Part shown: one piece after another, positions 48,280 to 57,943 of the stretch
Position numbering within the stretch: position 1 is the stretch's first letter
How the letters are laid out: each line of letters starts with the position of its first letter
NCBI GenBank assembly: GCA_028281725.1
Contig: JANQJJ010000102.1
Location: forward strand, 1-57,943
From: Pirellulaceae bacterium
GTDB taxonomy: Bacteria > Planctomycetota > Planctomycetia > Pirellulales > Pirellulaceae
Direction of reading: 5' to 3'
Length of the DNA: 57,943 nt
Position numbers and translations under genes: made by a program
The notes under the pieces: generated by a model
What the model was told of the DNA's origin: nothing
What the model saw: only the letters and a program-made list of their open reading frames with translations
Databases searched by the model: none

Positions 48280-49842
48280 ATGAGAGCCAGGTTACTTACG
48301 ATGACGGTTTTGCTTCTAGTTTCAGGTTGGACTTCGGAGGGCTACGGTCAGGCTTTCACTGGTTTGCAGTCGGCCGACCAGCAACCGCCGGAAACCGAAG
48401 TAACAGCAGAACACGTGCCCGCCGCTGATGGCGGCTTGGGTTCCACCATGACGCTCGCACAGGTCGAAAGGGCACGATCCGCGGCGCCAGAGAATACACA
48501 GCGCCTACTGACGGTTCGTCCAGCGGCGGAGCCCGTTCCCGCACTGGCCTACCGCATGTGGCTACCTGACTACACGTTGAAGCCAGGCTCAGCCCAAATG
48601 CGTTTTTTCCGAGCACTCATGCTTTGGCAGCAAGAATCATCTGAGGATCGCCAGAAGATAGAGTTGTGGGCCGTTGAAGAGGGACAACCACCGGAGCCGG
48701 GTGAGTTGACCAGTACGCTCGCTAGGCTGCAGGATGTATTCGACGAAATCCATCTGTTAGCAACTTCAGAGGACATGAGCTGGGATCACCGCCTGCGGGA
48801 TGTCCGTGGTCTGGATATGTACAGTTATCTGCTGCCGGATGTTCAGGAATCTCGGTCGCTGGCTAGATTGCTTTCACTGAAAATTGACTCGCAGTTGGCC
48901 TCGGGTGACGTTCCAGGAGCGGTCGCGTCCCTGCAAGACGGGTTTCGTCTTGCCGGATTTGTCGGGCAGGGCGAAACGCTGGTGCAGCAGTTGGTTGGTC
49001 TGGCGATTGAAGGCATCATGCTGGACAAGGTGGAGCAGTTGATTCAGTTGGAAGATTCGCCCAATCTCTACTGGGCGCTGGCTACGCTGCCGCGCCCGTT
49101 GGTGGACATCAATAACTCGATCCAGTTCGAGTTGAGTTCCATTCACCGCGTGTTGCCCATACTGACTGAGGCGGAAAACGAAGGGCATAGCGAAGCGTAT
49201 TGGAACTCCGCTTGGGCGGAGACCTTGGTGCAGCTCAAGGAAATCGGAGCAGGTGACCAGAGTATGAACCTGGCGTTTGCGGTCGTAGGTATCGCGTCCG
49301 CCAAAACGGCCAAGGAGAGGCTCATCGCCGGCGGGATGGACCGCGAGAAGGTCCAGCGCATGCCGGCTATTCGGGCCGTGTTGTTGGATGCGTCGCGGGA
49401 GATTCGAACCCTCTCCGATGAATTGGCGAAAGCCAATTACCTGCCCGGTGCGCTAGGGTACAAAATTCTTGAGCTTGAAGAAGACGAATTTGACGACTGG
49501 GTGGCGGAGAATCGGTACAAGTCAGGTGCGGCGGCCATCGTGGGGTTGCTCGTTCCGGCGGTGCATGCGGCCAAGTCGGCTGGCACTCGGCAGGAATACC
49601 TAATCAATCGGCTGATGACCATCGAAGCGCTGCGTATGCACGCAGCAGCTCATGATGGACAGTTGCCAAAGAGGCTCGAGGAACTAGATCCCGTACCGGC
49701 ACTGCCTAATCCCTACAGTGGACAGCCGTTTGACTACCGAGTTGAAGCAGACAGCGACGCCCAGCTAGTGATCCTGTCAGCGGACGTGCCTGCCAATCTC
49801 AAGCAATATTTTAAGGAAATTCGTGTGCGTTTTGAGGATTGA
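48280..49842 (+). CDS. Exported alpha-helical hypothetical protein with a pilin/pseudopilin-like C-terminus
   Basis: Signal peptide; GETLVQQLVGLAI; C-terminal VGLLVPAVHAA...IEALRMHAAAHDGQLP..L..L....P.NPYSGQPFDY. Confidence 0.8.
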   Translation: MRARLLTMTVLLLVSGWTSEGYGQAFTGLQSADQQPPETEVTAEHVPAADGGLGSTMTLAQVERARSAAPENTQRLLTVRPAAEPVPALAYRMWLPDYTLKPGSAQMRFFRALMLWQQESSEDRQKIELWAVEEGQPPEPGELTSTLARLQDVFDEIHLLATSEDMSWDHRLRDVRGLDMYSYLLPDVQESRSLARLLSLKIDSQLASGDVPGAVASLQDGFRLAGFVGQGETLVQQLVGLAIEGIMLDKVEQLIQLEDSPNLYWALATLPRPLVDINNSIQFELSSIHRVLPILTEAENEGHSEAYWNSAWAETLVQLKEIGAGDQSMNLAFAVVGIASAKTAKERLIAGGMDREKVQRMPAIRAVLLDASREIRTLSDELAKANYLPGALGYKILELEEDEFDDWVAENRYKSGAAAIVGLLVPAVHAAKSAGTRQEYLINRLMTIEALRMHAAAHDGQLPKRLEELDPVPALPNPYSGQPFDYRVEADSDAQLVILSADVPANLKQYFKEIRVRFED

Positions 49843-49986
49843 CCTGCGGGGTATCCTCGCGACGTCGCGTCTGCCGAATGGCAGCTGAGTTAGATTGTCA
49901 ATATTTTTGTAATTCAACTTCGTTCACTTGTGCCGGACGAGCCCAAGCGGTGGTGCCCAGCACGGTGAAGGTTTCAGGAGAAGACA

Positions 49987-51465
49987 ATGCGTACCTTGAG
50001 CTTAGTAATCGTCTGCCTGCTGTCACTCAGTTCCTTGTATGGGCAAGACCTGGGAGAACATCAGCAGATCGCAAAGTATCTGGATAGTGAAACCATACTC
50101 ACCGGCTGGCTTGATATCTCCAAAGTGGATGCGGATGAAGTGGTGGAGTTTTTTTCCTCGCTCAATGGGGCGGGCCCGTCTAGTGAAGAGGTAATGCGAA
50201 TCAGAGCTTTGCAAGACGCCCTGGTCAGGCTAAACGTCAACCGGATCTACTGGATCGGAGATTTGTCCGCGCTGGCCGGTGGACTGGAGAGTATTGTGGT
50301 ACCCAGTGATAACCCGCAAGCCGTGTCGTTGATCCTGACCGCCCTAGGCGGACCGGCCAACTACCAGTTTGTTGAAGATGGCGACGTCACTCTAGGCGGC
50401 AGCCAGCGGCTGATCGACGCTCTGCAAGACCGCAATGGCGAACCAACCGAGCAGTTGCTCTCGGGCATCCGGTCCTGTGACGGCCCGCACGGAATTGCCG
50501 TCGCCACGCCAGCCTACGTGATGATGACCGCCATGGGCTTCTTGAAATCGATGATAGATGATGAGAACGTTGGTGAGTTGGCCAGTACAGCGGAGGCCAT
50601 GTCGACGATCAAGTGGCTGACGCTGTCGGGCGATCTTCCCCCGTCCAAGGTCCGGCTGAGCATCAAAACGGACTCACCTGAGGCGGCCAACCAGCTATCG
50701 AGTTTTTGGAAGAACTACACGAATAAGCGGCTCAAGGAGAAATCGGTCGCGCTGGCTGCGGACGTCGATGGTGCTTCGGTGGTCCTGGCTTCGACATCGG
50801 AGCAGCAATCTGCTCAGATGCTAAAGGCGTTTCAGGAGTTGGGCGCTTACCAAGGCCCTTCGGGAGCGGTGAACGCTATGCAGCAGATTGGATTGGCCCT
50901 GCACAACTACCACGACAGTCACCATCAGCATCTGCCGGCTCAGAGTCTGGTCGATGCCGATGGCCGGCGGCTGTTAAGTTGGCGGGTGCTGATTTTGCCC
51001 TACCTGGGGCATGGAGCGTTGTACAAACAGTTTCACCTGGACGAACCCTGGGATAGCCCGCATAACCTGAAGCTGGCCGAGGCAATGCCCCCTGTGTATC
51101 GTTCGGCAGAATCGCAGCAGGTGGGGCCCGGTAAGACCCGGATTTTGGCTCCGATGACCAAAGATTCGGTCTTCGGTCGCCCCGGCGCTCCTCTTCAGTT
51201 TCGGAATATTGTCGATGGTTTGAGCAACACCATTTGGTTCGTGCAGGCGGCACCGGAGCATGCCGTCGTTTGGACCAAGCCCGAAGATTTGCTCGTCGAT
51301 GGTGCCGATCCAGTTGGCTCGATCGTGTCTGGCAAGAGTAAAGGGTTTTGGGCTGGCTTTGTGGACGGAGCCGTGATGTTCCTTTCGCGTGAAAACGCGG
51401 CAGATACCATCAACGCGATGATAACGTTCGACGGTAAAGATAAGATCGAAGACGTCTTGCGTTGA
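49987..51465 (+). CDS. Exported protein with a C-terminal DUF1559-like domain (no prepilin leader)
   Basis: Sec signal; MQQIGLALHNYHD, LSWRVLILPYL, EPWDSPHN, DGLSNTI, WTKPEDL, FVDGAV; AGGAG RBS. Confidence 0.88.
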   Translation: MRTLSLVIVCLLSLSSLYGQDLGEHQQIAKYLDSETILTGWLDISKVDADEVVEFFSSLNGAGPSSEEVMRIRALQDALVRLNVNRIYWIGDLSALAGGLESIVVPSDNPQAVSLILTALGGPANYQFVEDGDVTLGGSQRLIDALQDRNGEPTEQLLSGIRSCDGPHGIAVATPAYVMMTAMGFLKSMIDDENVGELASTAEAMSTIKWLTLSGDLPPSKVRLSIKTDSPEAANQLSSFWKNYTNKRLKEKSVALAADVDGASVVLASTSEQQSAQMLKAFQELGAYQGPSGAVNAMQQIGLALHNYHDSHHQHLPAQSLVDADGRRLLSWRVLILPYLGHGALYKQFHLDEPWDSPHNLKLAEAMPPVYRSAESQQVGPGKTRILAPMTKDSVFGRPGAPLQFRNIVDGLSNTIWFVQAAPEHAVVWTKPEDLLVDGADPVGSIVSGKSKGFWAGFVDGAVMFLSRENAADTINAMITFDGKDKIEDVLR

Positions 51466-51586
51466 AGCGGGGAGATTTCCGCCACAGGGTGTGTGGGTGG
51501 ATCTGTCCTTAGTTCCGCCTGGACAAGGGAAAGGGCGTGCAGATTTTAAGTTGCTAGATTGCCTAAGCTTTACCTGCTCGGTCCGC

Positions 51587-51848
51587 CTGAATTGCAGATG
51601 CCGCGCAGCGGAATGGCTGGGAAGGGATTCAGGGAGAGGTCACCAGGAAGTTGAAATGCTCTGATCTAGCGAGATGTTAGAGCTGCACGTCGATGTGGCC
51701 ACTGGAGAGTTGGGTGCTGAGTTGCTCGACTTGCTTGATCAGATCGACCGCCGCCTTGCCCTGCTGCTTTTGGGCGTCCAGCGACTTGCGTGCGACCGCC
51801 ATTGCCGACTCATTTTTGACTTGAGCCTGCTGAATTGCAGATGCCGCG
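51587..51848. repeat. Exact 19-bp dispersed direct repeat (51587-51605 and 51830-51848)
   Basis: CTGAATTGCAGATGCCGCG occurs twice, 243 bp apart: once intergenic and once inside the small YjfB-like gene. Confidence 0.8.
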
Positions 51849-51871
51849 TTTGTAGTTAGATTGGCTTCCAT
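51677..51871 (-). CDS. YjfB-like putative motility protein (small)
   Basis: QQAQVKNESAMAVARKSLDAQKQQGKAAVDLI...GHIDVQL matches the YjfB-family pattern. Start at ATG 51871 (alternative 51892). Confidence 0.75.
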   Translation of the reverse strand: MEANLTTNAASAIQQAQVKNESAMAVARKSLDAQKQQGKAAVDLIKQVEQLSTQLSSGHIDVQL

Positions 51872-52549
51872 AGTATTGACTGCCTTCGACACATGCCCTG
51901 GTTCACCTTGAGTTAAACCTTAGCATCTGTTTGGCGAGCCGCCAGTGAGATTTCCGGTCGTTGCGATTGTAGTGATCAGCCGGTGCATACCCTGCGCCCC
52001 CGGGCCCTGGCTTTTCTAGCTGCTCAAACGGGGCGTTTTCTGACTTGGAGCATGGTTTATCACTCCAAATTCGGTTTTTGAAGCCCCCGCCATTCACACC
52101 TTGGATGGGGCCAACCCATGTCTCTGGCTGAGCAAGTGGGTTACTTAGGCTACCCGGAACGATCTGTTAGGCAGGCAGATTCAGGTTCAACGGCGCGGAG
52201 CGTGCGAGTGCTTGGCCGGTGTTTTCATGCCGGTGTGTAACCCGCCGCAAATCCTTCCGCCCAAGCCGCTGTGTGGTCCCCGATGAACAGGATTGTGGGA
52301 ATCCGTGGGCGGTCGGTCTGGATAAAGCGGGCTCAATCGTTATCTTGAGAGCCAGAACCATGTCGTCCGAATTCGACGACTCACTTGGCGGCGAGAGGGG
52401 CGAGAGACAGGGGTGCGGGAGTCTTCACGCGACCTGACGGAAATGAGCTGTGTCGCATTTTTTTGCTTACCATCTGTTAGGAATCACGTGGAGATTCGTC
52501 TTCTGTGTGTGTGATGGTATCTTAATTTTTTCCAGAACCGAAAACAGCT

Positions 52550-54475
52550 ATGCCGACTGAAACCGAGACGGATATCGACCAGCTTCTGCAAACTCGCTTT
52601 GGGAAGCGTAGTTTTCGCTCCGGGCAAAGGGCGGTCATTGAGCGATTGCTCGATGGTAAATCGGCGGCCGCGATTTTTCCCACAGGTGGAGGCAAGTCAC
52701 TGTGCTATCAACTGCCTGCGGTGTTGTTGGATGGCCTGACGCTAGTCGTCTCGCCGCTGCTTGCCCTGATGCGCGAGCAAGTCGATGAACTCAACGCGGC
52801 TGGTATCGCCGCTGCGCGACTGGATTCCACGCTGCCGGCCGACGAGGCACGTCAGGTAATGCAAGATGTGCGAGGTGGGAAAACGAAGCTCTTGTACGTG
52901 GCTCCCGAGCGTTTTTTCAACGAGAGGTTCCGCGAGTTTATTGGCGGTGTGCCTGTTGCACTCTTTGCAATCGACGAAGCGCACTGTATCAGCCAATGGG
53001 GGCACAACTTCCGTCCGGACTACCTGAAGCTGGCCAAGATCGCCAGGCAGCTCGGAGCCGAGCGCGTCCTGGCCCTGACAGCGACCGCAACGCCCGCGGT
53101 TCTAGATGACATCCGCCGCGAGTTTTCAATCGCACCTGAAGACGCGGTGCAAACCCCTTTCTATCGATCGAATCTGACAATCCGGTTTAGTCTTTGTGAT
53201 GCCGCGACCCGAGATCAGCAACTGATCGAGCGACTGGAAAACCAGCCGAGGCAGCCCACGCTAGTTTATGTGTCGCTCCAAAAGACTGCCGAGCGAGTCG
53301 CAGAGCTACTTGAGAACGCCGGTTTGCCGGCCAGGGCCTATCACGCTGGTCTGGACGATGACGTACGCCGCGACGTTCAGGATTGGTTCATGCAGTCCGA
53401 CGAGGCGATCGTAGTAGCCACCATCGCATTTGGTATGGGCATCGATAAATCCAATATCCGTGCCATCTATCATTACAATCCGTCGAAGTCGCTCGAAAAC
53501 TTGGCTCAGGAAATAGGTCGTGCCGGGCGTGACGGAGAACCGGCCCTGTGCGAGACGCTGTTGGTGCCCGAGGATCGTGTTGTCCTGGAAAATTTTCCTT
53601 ACGGCGACACGCCTGGAATCGCCTCGGTGCGCAAGTTCGTGGAGTTGCTTGTTGGACAGCCCGAGCGGTTCTTCGTCAGCTACTATACTTTGGCGTATGA
53701 GACCGACATGCGTGACTCGGTGGTGCGAACCCTGCTGACCTATCTCGAACTCGAAGAAATCATCGAGGCGACAGCGCCGCGGTATGAGACCTACAAGTTC
53801 AAGCCGCGTGTCTCCTCGTCCGATATCCTGAAACATTTTGACGATGAGCGGCGAACGTTCGCATCGTCCGTACTCGCGTTGACGGTCAAGAAAAAGATAT
53901 GGTTCGAAATCAGCCTGCCGCAGGCCGCCAATCGCTTGAAGTGTGATCGTTCCCGCATCGTGAAAATGTTGGACTACTTCGCGGAGCAAGGTTGGGTCGA
54001 GTTGCAGGCCAGCGGGTTGGTCCATGGCTACCGGAATCTAAAGCCGATCACCGATATCGATTTGTTGGCTCAGGAACTCTACCAGTACGCGCTAGACCGC
54101 GAGATCGGCGAACTGACTCGGCTGGATGAATTGTTCCAGTTGATGTGCTCCGAGCAGTGTCAGAGTGCTGCACTGTCCGAGCATTTCGGACAGTCCCTGG
54201 ACGCAGCCTGCGGACGTTGCAGCGCGTGTGTCGGCGCTGCGATTACGGAATTGCCCGAGCCGAGTTATCCGCAAATGGGGGATTCTGCTTTGACCGCGAT
54301 CCGGAGACTGAGTAAAGAGCATCCTGAGCAGCTTGGCGATGCACGTCAGCAGGCAAGATTTCTATGCGGTTTGTCTTCTCCCAAGCTAATTCGGGCCAGG
54401 TTGACTCGCGACCCCATGTACGGCTGCTGTAGTGCTATCCCTTTCGATCGAGTCATCGAAGCCTTGGTCGGGTAA
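52550..54475 (+). CDS. recQ: RecQ-family ATP-dependent DNA helicase
   Basis: PTGGGKSLCYQ, VSPLLALM, DEAHCISQWGHNFRPDY, TATA, ATIAFGMGIDK, QEIGRAGRDG, C..HFG..CGRCSAC zinc-binding domain. Confidence 0.95.
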   Translation: MPTETETDIDQLLQTRFGKRSFRSGQRAVIERLLDGKSAAAIFPTGGGKSLCYQLPAVLLDGLTLVVSPLLALMREQVDELNAAGIAAARLDSTLPADEARQVMQDVRGGKTKLLYVAPERFFNERFREFIGGVPVALFAIDEAHCISQWGHNFRPDYLKLAKIARQLGAERVLALTATATPAVLDDIRREFSIAPEDAVQTPFYRSNLTIRFSLCDAATRDQQLIERLENQPRQPTLVYVSLQKTAERVAELLENAGLPARAYHAGLDDDVRRDVQDWFMQSDEAIVVATIAFGMGIDKSNIRAIYHYNPSKSLENLAQEIGRAGRDGEPALCETLLVPEDRVVLENFPYGDTPGIASVRKFVELLVGQPERFFVSYYTLAYETDMRDSVVRTLLTYLELEEIIEATAPRYETYKFKPRVSSSDILKHFDDERRTFASSVLALTVKKKIWFEISLPQAANRLKCDRSRIVKMLDYFAEQGWVELQASGLVHGYRNLKPITDIDLLAQELYQYALDREIGELTRLDELFQLMCSEQCQSAALSEHFGQSLDAACGRCSACVGAAITELPEPSYPQMGDSALTAIRRLSKEHPEQLGDARQQARFLCGLSSPKLIRARLTRDPMYGCCSAIPFDRVIEALVG

Positions 54476-54942
54476 AGAAGACTTAGCAGCCTTCCAGAAG
54501 TAAAGTGTCTGACCCTCTCCGGCCGTTCGCTTTTTTAACGTTTCAGCACGGTCTCGGGTCAAAGGTAAGAAAAACGCGGGCTGCAAAACTGACGCTCGCC
54601 AGGGCACCGGGAAGCTGGGCTCAGGAACTCGAGATCGAGATTTGCTGTCTATCTTCGCTTTTCGAGGTGTTTCCTTGGGCCGTAGGTGCCCTCGCATCGA
54701 AAGTCGCTGGCATTAGGGTCTCCAGCACGGGACTGTTGCACTTGCCAGTCCGCGCGGCCCATCTGCAGGGCTGGGGCTGCCATGCCACCTGTCGGGTATG
54801 TAGGTCCTGTTGCCAGCGAATGACACGTTGTCGCACCAGCATCGCACATAGTTGCAGCCGACGGGCTGCGCGGTAAGATCAATCACTGTGGAGAGCGAGC
54901 AAACATTTTCTCTTACGATTACGCTTCCTTTGAAGCCGTCGC

Positions 54943-55728
54943 ATGGTTTTTAGCTCGCGAAACAGATTAAAACTGCTCGCACGCAGGCTTTTGGGACTGC
55001 TTGTGCTCGGGGCTGTTCTGTTCGCATCTATGCCGCTTCCCGTCGCTTGGAAGCCGGTGCAAAAGGGCGGCGAACGTTTTCCTTGCCAGAACAATAGTTG
55101 CGGCTGCTCGACGCCGCAGCAGTGCTGGACACGCTGCTGCTGTTACTCGCCATCGCAACGGCGTCGGTGGGCTGAGCAGCACGGGGTGACGCCGCCCGAA
55201 TACGCCGTGCTGGATGAGGATGAGGTCGTAGACGAAGGGCATGCTGCGAGCGAGGTGCTATCCGCCAGCCGTGTGGGTGACGAGAGGCCTGCGAGTTGCT
55301 GTGCGTCTAAGGCAAGGGCTGAGACATCCTCCACGTCAACGCCAGCCCCTGAGGCAACAGCGCAAGCCCTGCCAAGGCGTTGTTGCCAGACTCAGGCAAA
55401 GTCAGGGTGTTGCTCCGGCAACCATTTGGCAGAAACGGAAACTTGCAGCGACAAAGATCGGCCAGAAGACAGGGAAGCAGACGGCTCCGATTCGACTGCG
55501 GATTCAGAAACCGTGACTGTGCTTTCCATGATGGCGCTGAAGTGTCAGGGAGCATCGAGTGACTTTACGGTGCTACCCTGGGCTATCATCGAATCCTTGC
55601 AAGTCAGTTGTACTTTCCCGGAACCGGTCGTCCAGCCTTACGGGCTTGAGGACCACTGCGTTGCATCGGCCATTCTGGCTCCCGAAACGCCGCCGCCGAG
55701 GCGCGCCTCCGTGCTGGTGAGTTGCTGA
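54943..55728 (+). CDS. Cysteine-rich exported/membrane-anchored protein with a C-terminal polyproline motif
   Basis: Hydrophobic N-terminus; FPCQNNSCGCSTPQQCWTRCCC; three further CC pairs; about 18 Cys in total; ends APETPPPRRASVLVSC. Confidence 0.8.
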   Translation: MVFSSRNRLKLLARRLLGLLVLGAVLFASMPLPVAWKPVQKGGERFPCQNNSCGCSTPQQCWTRCCCYSPSQRRRWAEQHGVTPPEYAVLDEDEVVDEGHAASEVLSASRVGDERPASCCASKARAETSSTSTPAPEATAQALPRRCCQTQAKSGCCSGNHLAETETCSDKDRPEDREADGSDSTADSETVTVLSMMALKCQGASSDFTVLPWAIIESLQVSCTFPEPVVQPYGLEDHCVASAILAPETPPPRRASVLVSC

Positions 55729-56114
55729 AACAGAGCTGCCGGACCCTCGGCTTTGCCAGGTCTTTCCGGCTGTTGGCTAGCGGTATGCGGTCGAGGTGGC
55801 TCATTTCATACCCATCAGCACCAACGGCACGACGCCGAATCTCAGAGTCACTCCCTGTTTACCACGAGCGACATGGCTGCCACTGCGCTGACGCTCTGAC
55901 GTCCATCGGGAGTTGCTGAGTCACCGCGTCTTTCATCCGACTGTGCGCCGGGCGAATCCGGCTCGCCGTCGCACACTTGCGAAGTTTTTCTTCGGCGTTC
56001 GCTCTCCACAAGCTAGCCGACCGAATTTGCGCAAGTGTGCTTCCGCGGGCCGCATCAAGGGACCGTTGCGCGCAGCATCAAACTATCAATCCATCCAATG
56101 CAGGAAGGCTTCCA

Positions 56115-57224
56115 ATGAATCAGCCAAAACAGATCAGAAAGTTCCGTCCCAATCCGCCCGAGGCACCACGCCATCACGGCTTCACGCTCGTGGAGTTGCT
56201 CGTGGTGATTGCCATTATCGGAATCCTAGTCGGTTTGCTGTTGCCGGCGGTGCAAGCGGCTCGCGAGGCGGCGCGGCGCATGTCTTGCAGCAACAACTTG
56301 AAACAACTCGGACTCGCGCTCCACAACTATGAGGGTGCTCTGCGTCAATTGCCCGCGAATTACACCAACGCGACGGGCATCAGCGGAAACTTCTCGGTAT
56401 TCGCACAGCTCGCTCCGTACTATGAACAAGGCAACCTGGCAGACTTGATCGATTTTGGCCGGCCGTTGAACGTGGGTTGCTGCCCAGGGCGTATGGTCGC
56501 GCCGCATGACACGGCGGCCGCGACCCAAATCCCAATGCTAAATTGCCCTAGCGAGAGTTTGCCGACCAGTTTCGAAGTCGTCACGATGTCCGGCTCGGGA
56601 CCCCAACAAACTTACGCGGGGACGAACTATCACATGAACTTCGGTACGGGGGTGGGGACGCTGTACGATACACGTCGGCCCACGGACGGAATTCTATGGA
56701 TCAACGCCCGCGTCAGCTTCGGGACGATTACCGATGGTCTCAGCAATACGCTGGCCTTTGCCGAATCGCTGATCGGGCAGCAAGTCCAGAACGCAACGGA
56801 GCCTCAGACGGACGCGGAGCGAGTTCGCACGATGTATAACGTGCGATGCGCGTTCATCGATCGCAAGATTCCACCCTCGCCAGCTGGGTTCAACGGCTAC
56901 ACACTGCCTGAAGATCCGAGCCTCTTGGACTCGGTCACTCGCGGCAGTGGCTTGCATCGGGGTTGGTCCGGACATCGAGGCGGCGGTTGGATCAACGGCC
57001 GAGAGTATTACACGGGCTATTCGCACTATCACACGCCGAACAGCAAGATATCTGACGTGAACGGTTGCGGCTGGGGAGTTTTCGCCGCACGCAGCAACCA
57101 TACCGGCGGCGTGAACGTCGCTCGCTGCGACGGCGGCGTCCAGTTCTTGAGTGACAGTATCGACCTTCAGACATGGCGTGCCTTGGGAACGCGTAACGGC
57201 GGAGAAGTGTTCGATCTGGAGTAG
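56115..57224 (+). CDS. DUF1559 protein (prepilin-type N-terminal cleavage/methylation + H-X9-DG domain)
   Basis: [43 protein letters not shown]; CPSE; TDGLSNT; [16 protein letters not shown]. Start at ATG 56115 after AGGAAG. Confidence 0.95.
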   Translation: MNQPKQIRKFRPNPPEAPRHHGFTLVELLVVIAIIGILVGLLLPAVQAAREAARRMSCSNNLKQLGLALHNYEGALRQLPANYTNATGISGNFSVFAQLAPYYEQGNLADLIDFGRPLNVGCCPGRMVAPHDTAAATQIPMLNCPSESLPTSFEVVTMSGSGPQQTYAGTNYHMNFGTGVGTLYDTRRPTDGILWINARVSFGTITDGLSNTLAFAESLIGQQVQNATEPQTDAERVRTMYNVRCAFIDRKIPPSPAGFNGYTLPEDPSLLDSVTRGSGLHRGWSGHRGGGWINGREYYTGYSHYHTPNSKISDVNGCGWGVFAARSNHTGGVNVARCDGGVQFLSDSIDLQTWRALGTRNGGEVFDLE

Positions 57225-57316
57225 CCGCCGGTTGCTTCCCGGAGCCTCCCGCCTTCGAGCCCGGCGCCAATTTTATCTCGAAACACCATTGCGTTTTCTT
57301 TCAGGAGTCCAAACTT

Positions 57317-57943
57317 ATGTTCCGCAAACTTGCTCCGTTGTGCCTACTCGTGTTTACCCTTTTCACCCCCTTTGTCTCGGCCCACGATACCTGGGTCGAG
57401 ACCGGATCGCTATCCGCCCCGTGCGGCGAGTATGTTTACGTCGATTTGATGCTCGGCAATCATGGAAATGAGCATCGAGATTTTAAGTTGGCCAGCAAGA
57501 TCAGCTTGGCTCCCTGCACGTTGACCGCCACCACTCCAAGCGGCAGAGAAGTGGACCTCAAGCTTCTGCTCACCGACATGGGGAGCGCAGAAAAAGAAGG
57601 CTACTGGACAGCCCGCTATGAAGTCGACGAACCTGGTGTCCACGAGGTGGTGCATACTCTCGATACGTTGCACAAGACGACCCGCGCCATCAAGAGCGCA
57701 AAGACATACGTTGTGGCTCAAAATCACCTCAGCCAAGAGCGACCGAGTCGCGATGCTGCATCCAAGTTCGCCGCGATGCCCCAGGTTCACGGTCACGGGC
57801 TGGAGCTCGTCTTGCGAACGTCCTTAGTCGAAGTCGGCGCCGGTCGCGAGTTGAAGCTCAGGGTGCTGCGTTCAGGCAAGCCGCTGTCAGATGCTCGCGT
57901 CACTTTTGTTCCACGCGGCAAGACGCTTAGCAAAGGCTTCGAT
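57317..57943 (+). CDS. DUF4198-family (NikM-like / metal-uptake-associated) periplasmic protein, 3'-truncated; absent from the ORF track
   Basis: AGGAG RBS and ATG 57317. Translated by hand: MFRKLAPLCLLVFTLFTPFVSA-HDTWVET...LMLGNHGNEHRDFKLASK...GYW...KSAKTY...HGLELV...GKPL..ARVTFVPRG; open to the window end. Confidence 0.85.
   Translation, partial: MFRKLAPLCLLVFTLFTPFVSAHDTWVETGSLSAPCGEYVYVDLMLGNHGNEHRDFKLASKISLAPCTLTATTPSGREVDLKLLLTDMGSAEKEGYWTARYEVDEPGVHEVVHTLDTLHKTTRAIKSAKTYVVAQNHLSQERPSRDAASKFAAMPQVHGHGLELVLRTSLVEVGAGRELKLRVLRSGKPLSDARVTFVPRGKTLSKGFD

Noticed and set aside
51883-51912. Possible sigma-28 promoter (TCAAG...GTCGAAGG) upstream of the YjfB-like gene
   Set aside because: Spacing is about 2 nt too long and the -10 element matches poorly.
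51893-52549. Short ORFs in the yjfB-recQ intergenic region
   Set aside because: No RBS, motifs or protein-like composition; treated as non-coding.
54820-54858. Two imperfect TGCAAC-N3-GTTGCA-like boxes upstream of the Cys-rich gene (possible Fur/Zur-type sites)
   Set aside because: The left half-sites are too degenerate to support without comparative data. No cobalamin or NiCo riboswitch consensus was recognised in this region either.

Overview
Gene-dense, GC-rich chromosomal segment, very probably from a planctomycete (Pirellulales-like; inferred from three DUF1559 prepilin/H-X9-DG-type proteins, a DUF1592/DUF1552 pair, Fae and multiple CRTAC1/ASPIC-UnbV proteins). About 37 CDS are supported, two of them truncated by the window edges. 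I found no rRNA, tRNA, CRISPR array, transposase or integrase. Housekeeping genes include purL, tyrA, lnt, recQ, nei and fae. Best candidates for undescribed systems: (1) two tandem, divergent ClpA/C-like double-AAA+ ATPases with degenerate first ATPase sites, retained ClpP-docking LGF loops, no GYVG pore loop, HicB-like N-termini and a possible release-factor-like tail on the larger one; (2) a signal-peptide, Cys-rich ORF with a polyproline tail upstream of a Cys-bearing DUF1559 and a DUF4198 protein, resembling a metal-sensing leader that controls a metal-uptake unit; (3) a 10-kb cluster of 3x CRTAC1, 2x TPR, DUF1559 and a lipoprotein; (4) an ECF sigma module with pilin-like segments internalised in exported proteins. 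All family assignments come from motif recognition by eye, not database searches.
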